Of a stretch of DNA of 64,000 nt, positions 56,656-64,000 are shown in pieces. The number at the start of each line of letters is the position of its first letter. Position 1 is the first letter of the stretch. Below the pieces are notes generated by a model. It had not been told where the DNA came from and made no database searches. It saw only the letters and a program-made list of their open reading frames with translations. Position numbers and translations under genes: made by a program. Location of the stretch: contig JABMPU010000077.1 in assembly GCA_013203665.1 (NCBI GenBank), forward strand, positions 22,471-86,470, written 5' to 3'. The DNA comes from Armatimonadota bacterium (lineage in GTDB: Bacteria > Cloacimonadota > Cloacimonadia > Cloacimonadales > TCS61).

Positions 56656-56777
56656 ATTATACAATATCTTTTTGCTTTGTGTCCTTCGTGGCTAAGTTTC
56701 AGGAACAAATATTTTTTTATTTGACACTATAAATACTCATTTAATCAATAACCAAAAATTTAATTATGGAGGAGATA

Positions 56778-57920
56778 ATGGTTGATTTTTCATTAAGCAC
56801 CAGGCAGCAGGAAATTAAAGAAAAGTATCGAGATTTCGTGCAGAAATGGGTTGTACCGAATCGCATGAAATATGATGAATCCTGTGAATTCCCCTGGGAA
56901 ATAGTTAAGGCGGCTTATAAAGATGGTTTGATGAATGGACCTATCCCAAAACATCTCGGTGGGAACGGTTTCGGAATTATGGATTGTGCCCTTACTTCGG
57001 AAGAACTGGGAGCAGGTTGTATTGGAATTGGAATTTGTATAGATGCCAACACATTAGCACTTACACCTTTGCTTCTCGTAGGAAGTGAAGAACAGCAGAA
57101 AAAGTTTTTTGGTTTGATAAGGGAAAAACAGGGTGTAGCAGCTTACTGTCTTACCGAACCAAATGCAGGTTCGGATGTTGCCAGTATCAGTTCAACTGCA
57201 ATTTTGAAAGGTGATAAATACATTCTGAATGGTCACAAACGGTTTATCACAAATGGTGAAGTGGCAACCTTTCATACGGTTTTTGCATTAACGAATCCGG
57301 AAAAAGGTGCGAGAAGTCTTACTCCTTTTATTGTTCCCACGGATCTTCCTGGAATTGAAATTGTATCTAAAATGGAAAAAATGGGTCAGCGAGCTTCCGT
57401 GCAGAATGAAATCAAATACCACGATGTAGAGGTTCCGGTTGAAAACAGGCTGGGTGGAGAAGGTCGCGGATTTATCGTAGCGATGAAAACCTTTGACCGA
57501 ACCAGAACCGGAGTTGCAGCTCTGAGTCTGGGTGCAGCGCGTACTGCTTATGAAATCTCAAGGGATTGGGCGAAGAAAAGAATCCAATTTGGGAAACCAA
57601 TTGCAGCAAATCAGGCTATTGCTTTTATGCTGGCTGATATGGCTACTGAAATTGAAACTGCCAGGATGCTTACATGGCGAGCAGCTTGGGCGTATGATAC
57701 AGGTCAAAAGGATATTTCGATACTTTCAGCGATGTCCAAAATGTATGCCTCTGATGTGGCAATGAAAGTAGCAACAAATGCTGTACAGGTTATGGCAGGT
57801 GAGGGTTATTCCAAGGATTATCCTGTAGAAAAAATTATGAGGGATGTGAAACTCTGCCAGATTTACGAAGGCACAAACCAGGTACAACGACTTGTAATTT
57901 CTAAAGGTATAATGAAATAG
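56778..57920 (+). CDS. acyl-CoA dehydrogenase
   Basis: Start ATG 56778 (MVDFSLS) after GGAGGA. CLTEPNAGSD motif; C-terminal QIYEGTNQVQRLVISK. Confidence 0.92.
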   Translation: MVDFSLSTRQQEIKEKYRDFVQKWVVPNRMKYDESCEFPWEIVKAAYKDGLMNGPIPKHLGGNGFGIMDCALTSEELGAGCIGIGICIDANTLALTPLLLVGSEEQQKKFFGLIREKQGVAAYCLTEPNAGSDVASISSTAILKGDKYILNGHKRFITNGEVATFHTVFALTNPEKGARSLTPFIVPTDLPGIEIVSKMEKMGQRASVQNEIKYHDVEVPVENRLGGEGRGFIVAMKTFDRTRTGVAALSLGAARTAYEISRDWAKKRIQFGKPIAANQAIAFMLADMATEIETARMLTWRAAWAYDTGQKDISILSAMSKMYASDVAMKVATNAVQVMAGEGYSKDYPVEKIMRDVKLCQIYEGTNQVQRLVISKGIMK

Positions 57921-57988
57921 ATCATTTTCTTTTTTTCCTTGAATAGAGAAAATTAAAGAAGAAATTTACTTTTTAAAAAGGGGGAAAA

Positions 57989-59749
57989 ATTTCATTAAAA
58001 CAATCAACTGATAATGCATGGCTCAAATATGAAATAACCAGACATCCGGATAGACCAAGGTCTTCGGAAATTATAAAAGAATTATTTACAGATTTTATTC
58101 CATATGGGCAGGGATTTCCTAAAGATCCGGCAATAATAACAGGTTCTGCGAATTTTAAGAATCAAAAAGTTTTTATCATTGCTCAAGAGAAACCTAAAGG
58201 GCTATCCATGGAAGAGCAGGTAAAAGTGAATTTCGGTATGGTCAAACCTGAAGGTTATTCTCTGGCAATGAAAATTATGGATATAGCTGAAAGTACAAAT
58301 ACTCCTTTAATCACCATCATCGATACACCTGGTGGAGATCCATTTGAACATTCAGCAAAATATCTTCAATCCTGGAAAATATCGGATTGCATCTCCAAAA
58401 TGGCTGGATTAAAGACCAGGACAATTGCTCTCATTTTAGGAGAAGGAGGAAGTGGAGGAGCTCTTGCCCTGCAGGTTGCAGATAGAACTCTGATGATGGG
58501 AAATGCTGTCTATTCCGTGATGTCACCGGAAGGATGCTCCAGTATTATTCTTCGAAATCCAGCCAGAAAAGAGGAAGCTGCCAACCTTCAAAAACCCACA
58601 GCAGAAGATATGTTAGCTTTTGGGATTATCGATGATATTATTCCTGAACACGAAGATGGAGCACACAATGATGTAAAAAGAACTATCATCAACATTGAGA
58701 AAAAACTCTCGTTGATCCTTAACGAACTTAATAATATCGATCAAGAAAAGCTTTTGAAAAGCAGATACAAACGATTTATCGGTTACGGAGAATTGAAAGA
58801 AGATTTTTCCAAAATATTCAAACAAAAGACAATCAAAACTGTACATTCCATTGAAAAGAAATTTGAAAAAATATTTTCTAAATTAAAAACAGTTGGTGAT
58901 TACCTGACTCTGCATTTAGCAAAAACTCTAAAAAAAGAAGAAATTAAGGAATTAAGTAAAGATGAATATTATGAATGTGAAAAATGCCACACCAGTATTT
59001 CCTTTAAAACCTTCCTGGATAATTTCAAAACCTGTACTAAATGTGGAGCAATCAGCAGGAAATACTATTTGTCAGCATACGAATGGATAAACTGCATCAC
59101 AGATAAAAATTCCTTTGTGGAAACCGACAAATTTCTCGTGCCCAAAGATGCATTGAAATTCAGTTATAAATATGAAGGTAAAAATAAATCTTATAAAGAA
59201 ACGGTAAAAAATGCTCAAAAAAAGAAAGGTGTAAAGGAAGCTCTGGTGATCGGAGAAGCGAGAATTTTTGATACTCCTGTGATTGTAGCTGTATCTGAAT
59301 TTGGATTTTTAGGTGGTTCAATGGGTTCTGTGGTCGGAGAAAAATTCGTCAGAGCAGTGAAATTAGCGAATTTAATGAAATGCCCTTTGGTATCAATCGC
59401 TCTTTCCGGGGGAGCCAGAATGCACGAAGGAATTCTCTCCTTGATGCAAATGGCAAAGACAAATATGGCTTTGACCAAATTGAAAAAACCTTTTATTTCC
59501 GTTCTTGCAGATCCCACTTTTGGAGGAACATTAGCGAGTTTTGCCACACAGGGAACGATAATTTTAGCTGAAAAAAATGCTCAACTCGGTTTTGCTGGTC
59601 CGCGAGTAACCAAACTTATCTCCGGTAAAGATATGGATGAAAAATATTATACTGCTGAATTTTATTTGGAGCGAGGTGGAGTTAATGAAGTAGTTTCCCG
59701 CAAAGATATGAAGGAAGCTATTCATAAGTATATTTTGAGTTTGTCCTGA
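57989..59749 (+). CDS. accA-accD: acetyl-CoA carboxylase carboxyltransferase, fused alpha (AccA) - beta (AccD) subunits; start codon uncertain (ATT candidate)
   Basis: The AccA-like part (RHPDRPRS..., IDTPGG, GEGGSGGALA) begins upstream of the first ATG (58208). The frame is open from 57977 with no ATG/GTG/TTG. ATT at 57989 lies 4 nt after GGGGG. The AccD part has a CxxC...CxxC zinc ribbon (CEKCH...CTKCG) and FGFLGGSMGSVVGEK. Confidence 0.8.
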   Translation: MSLKQSTDNAWLKYEITRHPDRPRSSEIIKELFTDFIPYGQGFPKDPAIITGSANFKNQKVFIIAQEKPKGLSMEEQVKVNFGMVKPEGYSLAMKIMDIAESTNTPLITIIDTPGGDPFEHSAKYLQSWKISDCISKMAGLKTRTIALILGEGGSGGALALQVADRTLMMGNAVYSVMSPEGCSSIILRNPARKEEAANLQKPTAEDMLAFGIIDDIIPEHEDGAHNDVKRTIINIEKKLSLILNELNNIDQEKLLKSRYKRFIGYGELKEDFSKIFKQKTIKTVHSIEKKFEKIFSKLKTVGDYLTLHLAKTLKKEEIKELSKDEYYECEKCHTSISFKTFLDNFKTCTKCGAISRKYYLSAYEWINCITDKNSFVETDKFLVPKDALKFSYKYEGKNKSYKETVKNAQKKKGVKEALVIGEARIFDTPVIVAVSEFGFLGGSMGSVVGEKFVRAVKLANLMKCPLVSIALSGGARMHEGILSLMQMAKTNMALTKLKKPFISVLADPTFGGTLASFATQGTIILAEKNAQLGFAGPRVTKLISGKDMDEKYYTAEFYLERGGVNEVVSRKDMKEAIHKYILSLS

Positions 59750-59938
59750 TTGAGTTTTAACTTGCTAAAATTTTGAAAATCTTATCTGAAATTTATGTAA
59801 TGTCTGAATTAATAGCGGATTAAGTCCCGTTTTTTTTACTACATTTGAAGAACAGAGGTTTCCAGCGTCAAATACGGAAAAGAATAATACTCCTGAAATT
59901 TGGTTATTTTTTTTAGTTTACGCAGAGCGTTCATATTG

Positions 59939-60144
59939 TGTTCCCACGCAGGACAGCCTGTGTGAAAACTGATTTCTTTAAGTTATAACGATCCCCATCC
60001 CTAACCCTTCCCCCTATCGAGGGGAAAGGGAACTGCCTGCGGCAAAAGGAGATAGGTTCTCCCCCTAAATAGGGCGAGTTAGAGGGGGTTAAAAAAAATC
60101 GTGCTTTTCATCTGTTTTCACACAGACTGGGGAGCATGGGAACA
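59939..60144. mobile_element. MITE-like element: 31-bp imperfect terminal inverted repeats enclosing hairpin-repeat copy C
   Basis: tgttcccacgcaggacagcctgtgtgaaaac (59939-59969) against the reverse complement of 60114-60144 gives 25/31 matches by my count. Copy C of the cccatcc...cctatcgagggga...ccccctaaataggg family lies at 59991-60088. Confidence 0.55.
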
Positions 60145-60204
60145 AGCTTAGGTTGTTAATTTTTCTTCGTGTCTTTACCTGCCTTACCGAAGACAGGTGG
60201 TTAC

Positions 60205-60573
60205 TTACTTCTGGGACCACAAAGCAAGGCGATTTCCTTCTGTATCCAGAAACCAGGCAAAATAACCATGCTCTTCGGTTATAAGAGTTTTGGCTACAAC
60301 AATCTTTCCTCCAGCCGGTTCAATTCTATCCAGAATTATCTGCAGGTCTTCCCCTCCATTAAGATAAACGATCGTTCCTTTACCACCGGGCTCATGTCCT
60401 TTTCCCTTAACAATCGCACCGCTACTTCCCCCTTTTTCGGTTAGGAACAAACCCATTAGATCATCACCCATTTTTTCTTCTTTGACCTCTGCTTGAAGAA
60501 TTTCGCTGTAAAATTTTTGTGCTCTAACAAAATCATTTACAGGAATCTCGAACCAGACAACTAAATTTTCCAT
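60205..60573 (-). CDS. VOC/glyoxalase-family protein
   Basis: 122 aa; VVWFEIPVNDFVRAQKFYSEIL and C-terminal DTEGNRLALWS are typical of the glyoxalase/bleomycin-resistance fold. Confidence 0.75.
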   Translation of the reverse strand: MENLVVWFEIPVNDFVRAQKFYSEILQAEVKEEKMGDDLMGLFLTEKGGSSGAIVKGKGHEPGGKGTIVYLNGGEDLQIILDRIEPAGGKIVVAKTLITEEHGYFAWFLDTEGNRLALWSQK

Positions 60574-60631
60574 TTTTTCCTCCTCAAAAAAATATTATCT
60601 ATTTTATACAGTTTTTAAAAAAAACAGAAGC

Positions 60632-61108
60632 TCAAATCTTCTTTATGGGAATATGAATATCCATTTCAGATTCCGGATCTCCAAACTTAAAGCGAGAATC
60701 ATACCATTCGATTTCATCTTCTTCAGCAAGTTCATAATCACTTTCTTCTAACCAGGTATTATAGATATAATCATACGTTTCGCTGAGATTATCCAGAGAA
60801 CCTTTGTGAGTGAAAACAGCACATAAACAAGCAGGAATGTTCCTGAAAACCATTCCTTCGGGAATCATGCATCCGATTTTCATTACTTTGCAGGCAAGAT
60901 AGGAAAATTCTGTGTTTTCATCAAAATCGGAAATACCTTCATTAATGCAGATCCCCAGCGAGCATTCTGGAACCGCAATTTCAGAGATTTCGTCTTCACG
61001 AGCCAGAAAATCATTCCACAACTGAGGAATTTTGTTTTCCTTCATGGTTGTCTTGATGAGTATGCCCACTACTTTTAAAGCTGCTCGTTCTGTAATTATA
61101 ACTTTCAT
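60632..61108 (-). CDS. GyrI-like small-molecule-binding domain protein
   Basis: 158 aa; ...IPQLWNDF... and a C-terminal E.Y......P...E.....IPIK pattern typical of AraC effector-binding/GyrI-like domains. Confidence 0.65.
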   Translation of the reverse strand: MKVIITERAALKVVGILIKTTMKENKIPQLWNDFLAREDEISEIAVPECSLGICINEGISDFDENTEFSYLACKVMKIGCMIPEGMVFRNIPACLCAVFTHKGSLDNLSETYDYIYNTWLEESDYELAEEDEIEWYDSRFKFGDPESEMDIHIPIKKI

Positions 61109-61180
61109 AATTTTCCAAAAATGCTTTTATTAAATTTGATTGATGTGTTTCTCTTTTTTGAAACTTCTTATGAATTAGGA

Positions 61181-61564
61181 TTATTGGTCGTCGTCAAGAT
61201 TTCTCAATTCATTCAGAACGATTTCCTGTTTGCGATTGGAAAGTTCATTCAGAACATTCCGAGATTCGCTCATTGCAGGTGAGCGTTCAGGTTTTTCCTG
61301 GGTTTGAGGAGACAATATTTTTGTTATCTCAGCTAATTTTGCCTTAACGCTGGATTCAGAAGTTTTTAATCTATCTGCAACTTCAATTTTGTATCCATCA
61401 CAACAAACGTAAACTTTTAGAAATTCCCATTGCTCTGCAGTTAATTGTGAAAAACCTTCTTCTTCAAATTTTCCCTTGATGGATATATCACAGTCCGGAC
61501 AATGATATTCAGTGATTTCTAAGGCGGATTTACAAAATGGACATTCTTTTAATTTTTTACTCAT
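61181..61564 (-). CDS. DUF2089-like zinc-ribbon + HTH protein
   Basis: CPFCKSALEITEYHCPDCDISIKGKF zinc ribbon, followed by LTAEQWEFLKVYV...SSVKAKLAEI. Confidence 0.6.
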   Translation of the reverse strand: MSKKLKECPFCKSALEITEYHCPDCDISIKGKFEEEGFSQLTAEQWEFLKVYVCCDGYKIEVADRLKTSESSVKAKLAEITKILSPQTQEKPERSPAMSESRNVLNELSNRKQEIVLNELRNLDDDQ

Positions 61565-61750
61565 AACACCTCCTTTTATCTATCAATGAAATTACTAAAT
61601 ATCAATTTTTATGTCAAACACAAAATTCATAAAAAGTATTTAAGAGAAGCATTAAAATAAATAAACACGATAAGTTAAATAAAAATCTTGACTCGAAAAA
61701 AGGTTATTTTTTTGTTAGCTGTGTTGTTTAAGATTGATGGAAATGAAGCT

Positions 61751-61884
61751 ACCCGCTTCTACCTTGCGGTTTCAAAAGAGTTAGATGCTTAATTGAATAC
61801 TTGTAAGGTTTTGAAAAGAATAAAAGTATTTGAAATATTATTTTGATAAATTTTAAGCGGGTGGATTTCCATCCGCTTTTTTCG
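61751..61884 (+). promoter_or_regulatory. candidate transcription attenuator in the infC leader
   Basis: Terminator hairpin aagcgggtgga/tccatccgctt (61855-61878) plus T6. The upstream ctacccgctt (61749-61758) can pair with the terminator's left arm aagcgggtgg as an alternative structure. Confidence 0.45.
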
Positions 61885-61911
61885 TTGAAAAAAATTATTA
61901 AGGAGGTTCTT

Positions 61912-62505
61912 ATTTCGATAAGAATACGTAGAGGTAAAGCGAGAATAAATCCGACAGTACCCAAAGAGAAAATCAATAATCAAATCAAGGCAAAATCTGT
62001 CAGGTTGATTTCCGATCAGGGAAACCAGGTTGGCGTTATCTCTCTGGCAGAAGCCTTATCTACTGCTGAAAATGCAGGATTAGATCTGGTTGAAATCTCT
62101 CCAAATGCAAATCCACCCGTTTGTAAAATTATGGATTTTGGACCTTATCATTACCAGAAAGAGAGAAAACTCAGAGAATCCAGGAAAAAGCAACATATTG
62201 TGCAAACTAAAGAAGTTAAATTCGGACCCAATACAGAAGAACACGACTATAACTTCAAAAAAACCAATGCTTTAAAATTTCTGAAACAACACAATAAAGT
62301 GAAATTTACTGTAAGATTTCGCGGCAGACAACTTGCACACAAGGATATTGGTTTCAAGCTTCTGGATAGAATAAAGGAAGATCTGAAAGATTTGATAGAA
62401 ATTGATAGTCCTGCAAAAAGTGAAGGCAGAACTATCTCAATGATCGCTTCACCCAAAAAAGATATTGATAATATCTTAGAAAAATTAAATACAGAGGAAG
62501 AATAG
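61912..62505 (+). CDS. infC: translation initiation factor IF-3 (ATT start)
   Basis: AGGAGG (61901-61906) is followed 5 nt later by in-frame ATT 61912. The IF-3 homology (INNQIKAKSVRLI...) begins just after. The ORF-track ATG 61843 lies upstream of the terminator hairpin and Shine-Dalgarno. Confidence 0.85.
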   Translation: MSIRIRRGKARINPTVPKEKINNQIKAKSVRLISDQGNQVGVISLAEALSTAENAGLDLVEISPNANPPVCKIMDFGPYHYQKERKLRESRKKQHIVQTKEVKFGPNTEEHDYNFKKTNALKFLKQHNKVKFTVRFRGRQLAHKDIGFKLLDRIKEDLKDLIEIDSPAKSEGRTISMIASPKKDIDNILEKLNTEEE

Positions 62506-62561
62506 ATAATCTGATTTTTTATCAGGTTAAAGAAGAAATATTTTTAGAAAAGGAGGAAACA

Positions 62562-62945
62562 ATGGAAATGACACCATTACGAACTTTGATTTCGCTTTAT
62601 ATCTCGTTTGCTCATTTGAGCGATGATGTTCTTGCCAAAGAGGAAATGAATTCCATCTTAAAGAAAATCATAGAATGGGTTCCGGAAGAAAATCCGGATA
62701 CTGTTACTCAAGCTTTCAAAGAAGTTTATGCACAGTATCATACATTTGATTCTTATCAGGGTTGGATCAAAATACTTAAAGAGTCGGTCTCTTCAGTAAG
62801 AAAAATGTTTGAAGATAAGGAAAAATTTCTCACAGTTTTAAACGACCTTGTAGGAATCGCTATGTCCGATAAGAAATTTAAAGATACTGAAAGACAAATG
62901 ATAAACATCTGCGCCGAAAAATGGGGCGTAGATTTCAAAATATAA
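62562..62945 (+). CDS. TerB-like (tellurite-resistance TerB/DjlA N-domain-like) helical protein
   Basis: 127 aa; GIAMSDKKFKDTERQMINICAEKWGV resembles the TerB ADG-x-E repeat; inserted between infC and rpmI. Confidence 0.45.
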   Translation: MEMTPLRTLISLYISFAHLSDDVLAKEEMNSILKKIIEWVPEENPDTVTQAFKEVYAQYHTFDSYQGWIKILKESVSSVRKMFEDKEKFLTVLNDLVGIAMSDKKFKDTERQMINICAEKWGVDFKI

Positions 62946-62969
62946 ATATCGAATAATCCAGGAGGAATA

Positions 62970-63164
62970 ATGCCAAAACTCAAAACAAGAAAAGGTGTGT
63001 CAAAGAGGTTCAAAATAACGGGAAAAGGTAAATTAAAACGCTCTCATGCTAATGCAGGTCATATTTTGACAAAAAAGAGCACAAAACAGAAAAGAGGTCT
63101 GCGAAAATCAGGTCTCGTTAACAACGCAGATGTTCCCAGAATGAAAAGAATGCTGGGTGCATAG
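62970..63164 (+). CDS. rpmI: 50S ribosomal protein L35
   Basis: [25 protein letters not shown]-terminus; 64 aa. Confidence 0.95.
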   Translation: MPKLKTRKGVSKRFKITGKGKLKRSHANAGHILTKKSTKQKRGLRKSGLVNNADVPRMKRMLGA

Positions 63165-63188
63165 ACAAAGAATAAAAGGAGTTTTAAT

Positions 63189-63542
63189 ATGCCAAGAACA
63201 ACAAATAACGTCGCTGCAAAAAGAAGGAAAAAGAAATTTCTGAAAGCTGCAAAAGGTTATGTAGGTGGAAGAAGCAAATTATACAGAACCGCACGTCAGG
63301 CAGTAGAAAAAGGCTGGCTTTATGCATATCGCGATAGAAAAACCAAAAAAAGAGAATTCAGAAGACTTTGGATTATCCGCATTAATGCTGCTGCCAGAAT
63401 GAATAACCTTTCTTACAGTAAATTAATTAGCGGATTAAAAAAAGCTGAGGTAGAAATCGATAGAAAAGTTCTTGCTCATTTAGCTTTTCACGATTTGGAA
63501 GCTTTCGGAAAACTTTGTGATTTAGCTAAAGCCCAGAAATAG
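63189..63542 (+). CDS. rplT: 50S ribosomal protein L20
   Basis: [25 protein letters not shown]-terminus; 117 aa. Confidence 0.95.
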   Translation: MPRTTNNVAAKRRKKKFLKAAKGYVGGRSKLYRTARQAVEKGWLYAYRDRKTKKREFRRLWIIRINAAARMNNLSYSKLISGLKKAEVEIDRKVLAHLAFHDLEAFGKLCDLAKAQK

Positions 63543-63599
63543 AGTAAAAAAAACATAAATATATTTTGTGCATTTTTGTGGCTATAATAAGGAATCAGG

Positions 63600-64000
63600 G
63601 TGAAAGAAGAATTAAATAAAATTCTGGAATCTGCAAAATCAGAAATTAATAAAACCGGTTCTATTCACGAACTTCAACAGCTTAAATCTCGCTTTATTGG
63701 GAAAAAAAGCGGACTGATGAGTTTCATGAAACAAATCAGTTCCCTGCCAAAAGAAGAACGTCCTGCTTTTGGACAGCTCGTGAATGAAACCAAACAAAAA
63801 ATAACAAATATTATTTTAAACTGTGAAGCAGAAATTAAGGAATCTGATTATAAAAAAACACTTAAATCCGAATTCATCGATTTGACAATGCCGGGACGCA
63901 AACATGAAAAAGGAAGCCTTCATCCTATTACTTTGGTTTGGAGGGAAATCGAAGACATTTTTCTTTCCATGGGTTTCGATGTTGCAGAAGGTCCGGATGT
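63600..64000 (+). CDS. pheS: phenylalanine--tRNA ligase alpha subunit, 5' partial (runs off window)
   Basis: GTG 63600. My translation VKEELNKILESAKSEINKT...RFIGKKSGL...LPKEERPAFGQLVNE...HPITLVWREIEDIFLSMGFDVAEGPD matches the PheS N-terminal region. Not in the ORF track because there is no stop within the window. Confidence 0.85.
   Translation, partial: MKEELNKILESAKSEINKTGSIHELQQLKSRFIGKKSGLMSFMKQISSLPKEERPAFGQLVNETKQKITNIILNCEAEIKESDYKKTLKSEFIDLTMPGRKHEKGSLHPITLVWREIEDIFLSMGFDVAEGPD

Noticed and set aside
61749-61983. Minus-strand ORFs (75 and 64 aa), and the ORF-track ATG 61843 as the infC start.
   Set aside because: They lie in the infC leader. The ATG at 61843 precedes a terminator hairpin and the AGGAGG; IF-3 homology starts only after the ATT at 61912.

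Overview
AT-rich bacterial chromosome segment. T9SS-type C-terminal sorting domains, the gene content and the intergenic repeat families suggest an FCB-group, Cloacimonadota-like organism; this placement is tentative and inferred. TGA is used as an ordinary stop codon. Layout: (1) 1.7-17.9 kb holds tuf plus a complete S10-spc-alpha ribosomal superoperon (rpsJ to rplQ, with secY, map, infA, rpmJ, rpoA). It has two oddities: a repeat-filled 222-bp insertion between rpsN and rpsH, and an L30 carrying a ~120-aa lysine-rich tail. (2) 17.9-20.4 kb is a small accessory islet with a frameshifted DUF3800-like gene and a wHTH + nucleotidyltransferase two-gene cassette bracketed by ~60-bp direct repeats. 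(3) 20.4-27.1 kb holds mgtE and a tightly packed four-gene membrane operon that I cannot assign to any family. (4) 27-53 kb is mixed housekeeping and envelope genes. These include a glycosyltransferase, a SpoU methyltransferase, an SGNH hydrolase, a 1508-aa S8 protease and other T9SS cargo, a NifS-SelD fusion and duplicated solute-binding proteins (one fused to a Cache domain). Also here are a patatin-Omp85 / CYTH-GNAT / zincin operon, a repeat-flanked DUF559 gene, an M42 peptidase and an outer-membrane protein with an in-frame TGA. (5) 53.7-56.7 kb is a restriction-modification islet bracketed by two copies of one hairpin, and its methyltransferase carries an N-terminal RadC/JAMM domain. (6) 56.7-64 kb holds an acyl-CoA dehydrogenase, a fused AccA-AccD with no canonical start codon, small regulators, and infC-(TerB-like insert)-rpmI-rplT-pheS with an ATT-start infC and a candidate leader attenuator. 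Several families of short palindromic or MITE-like intergenic repeats recur across the window. No rRNA, tRNA or CRISPR array was found. All calls come from reading the sequence and translations by eye; no database search was run.
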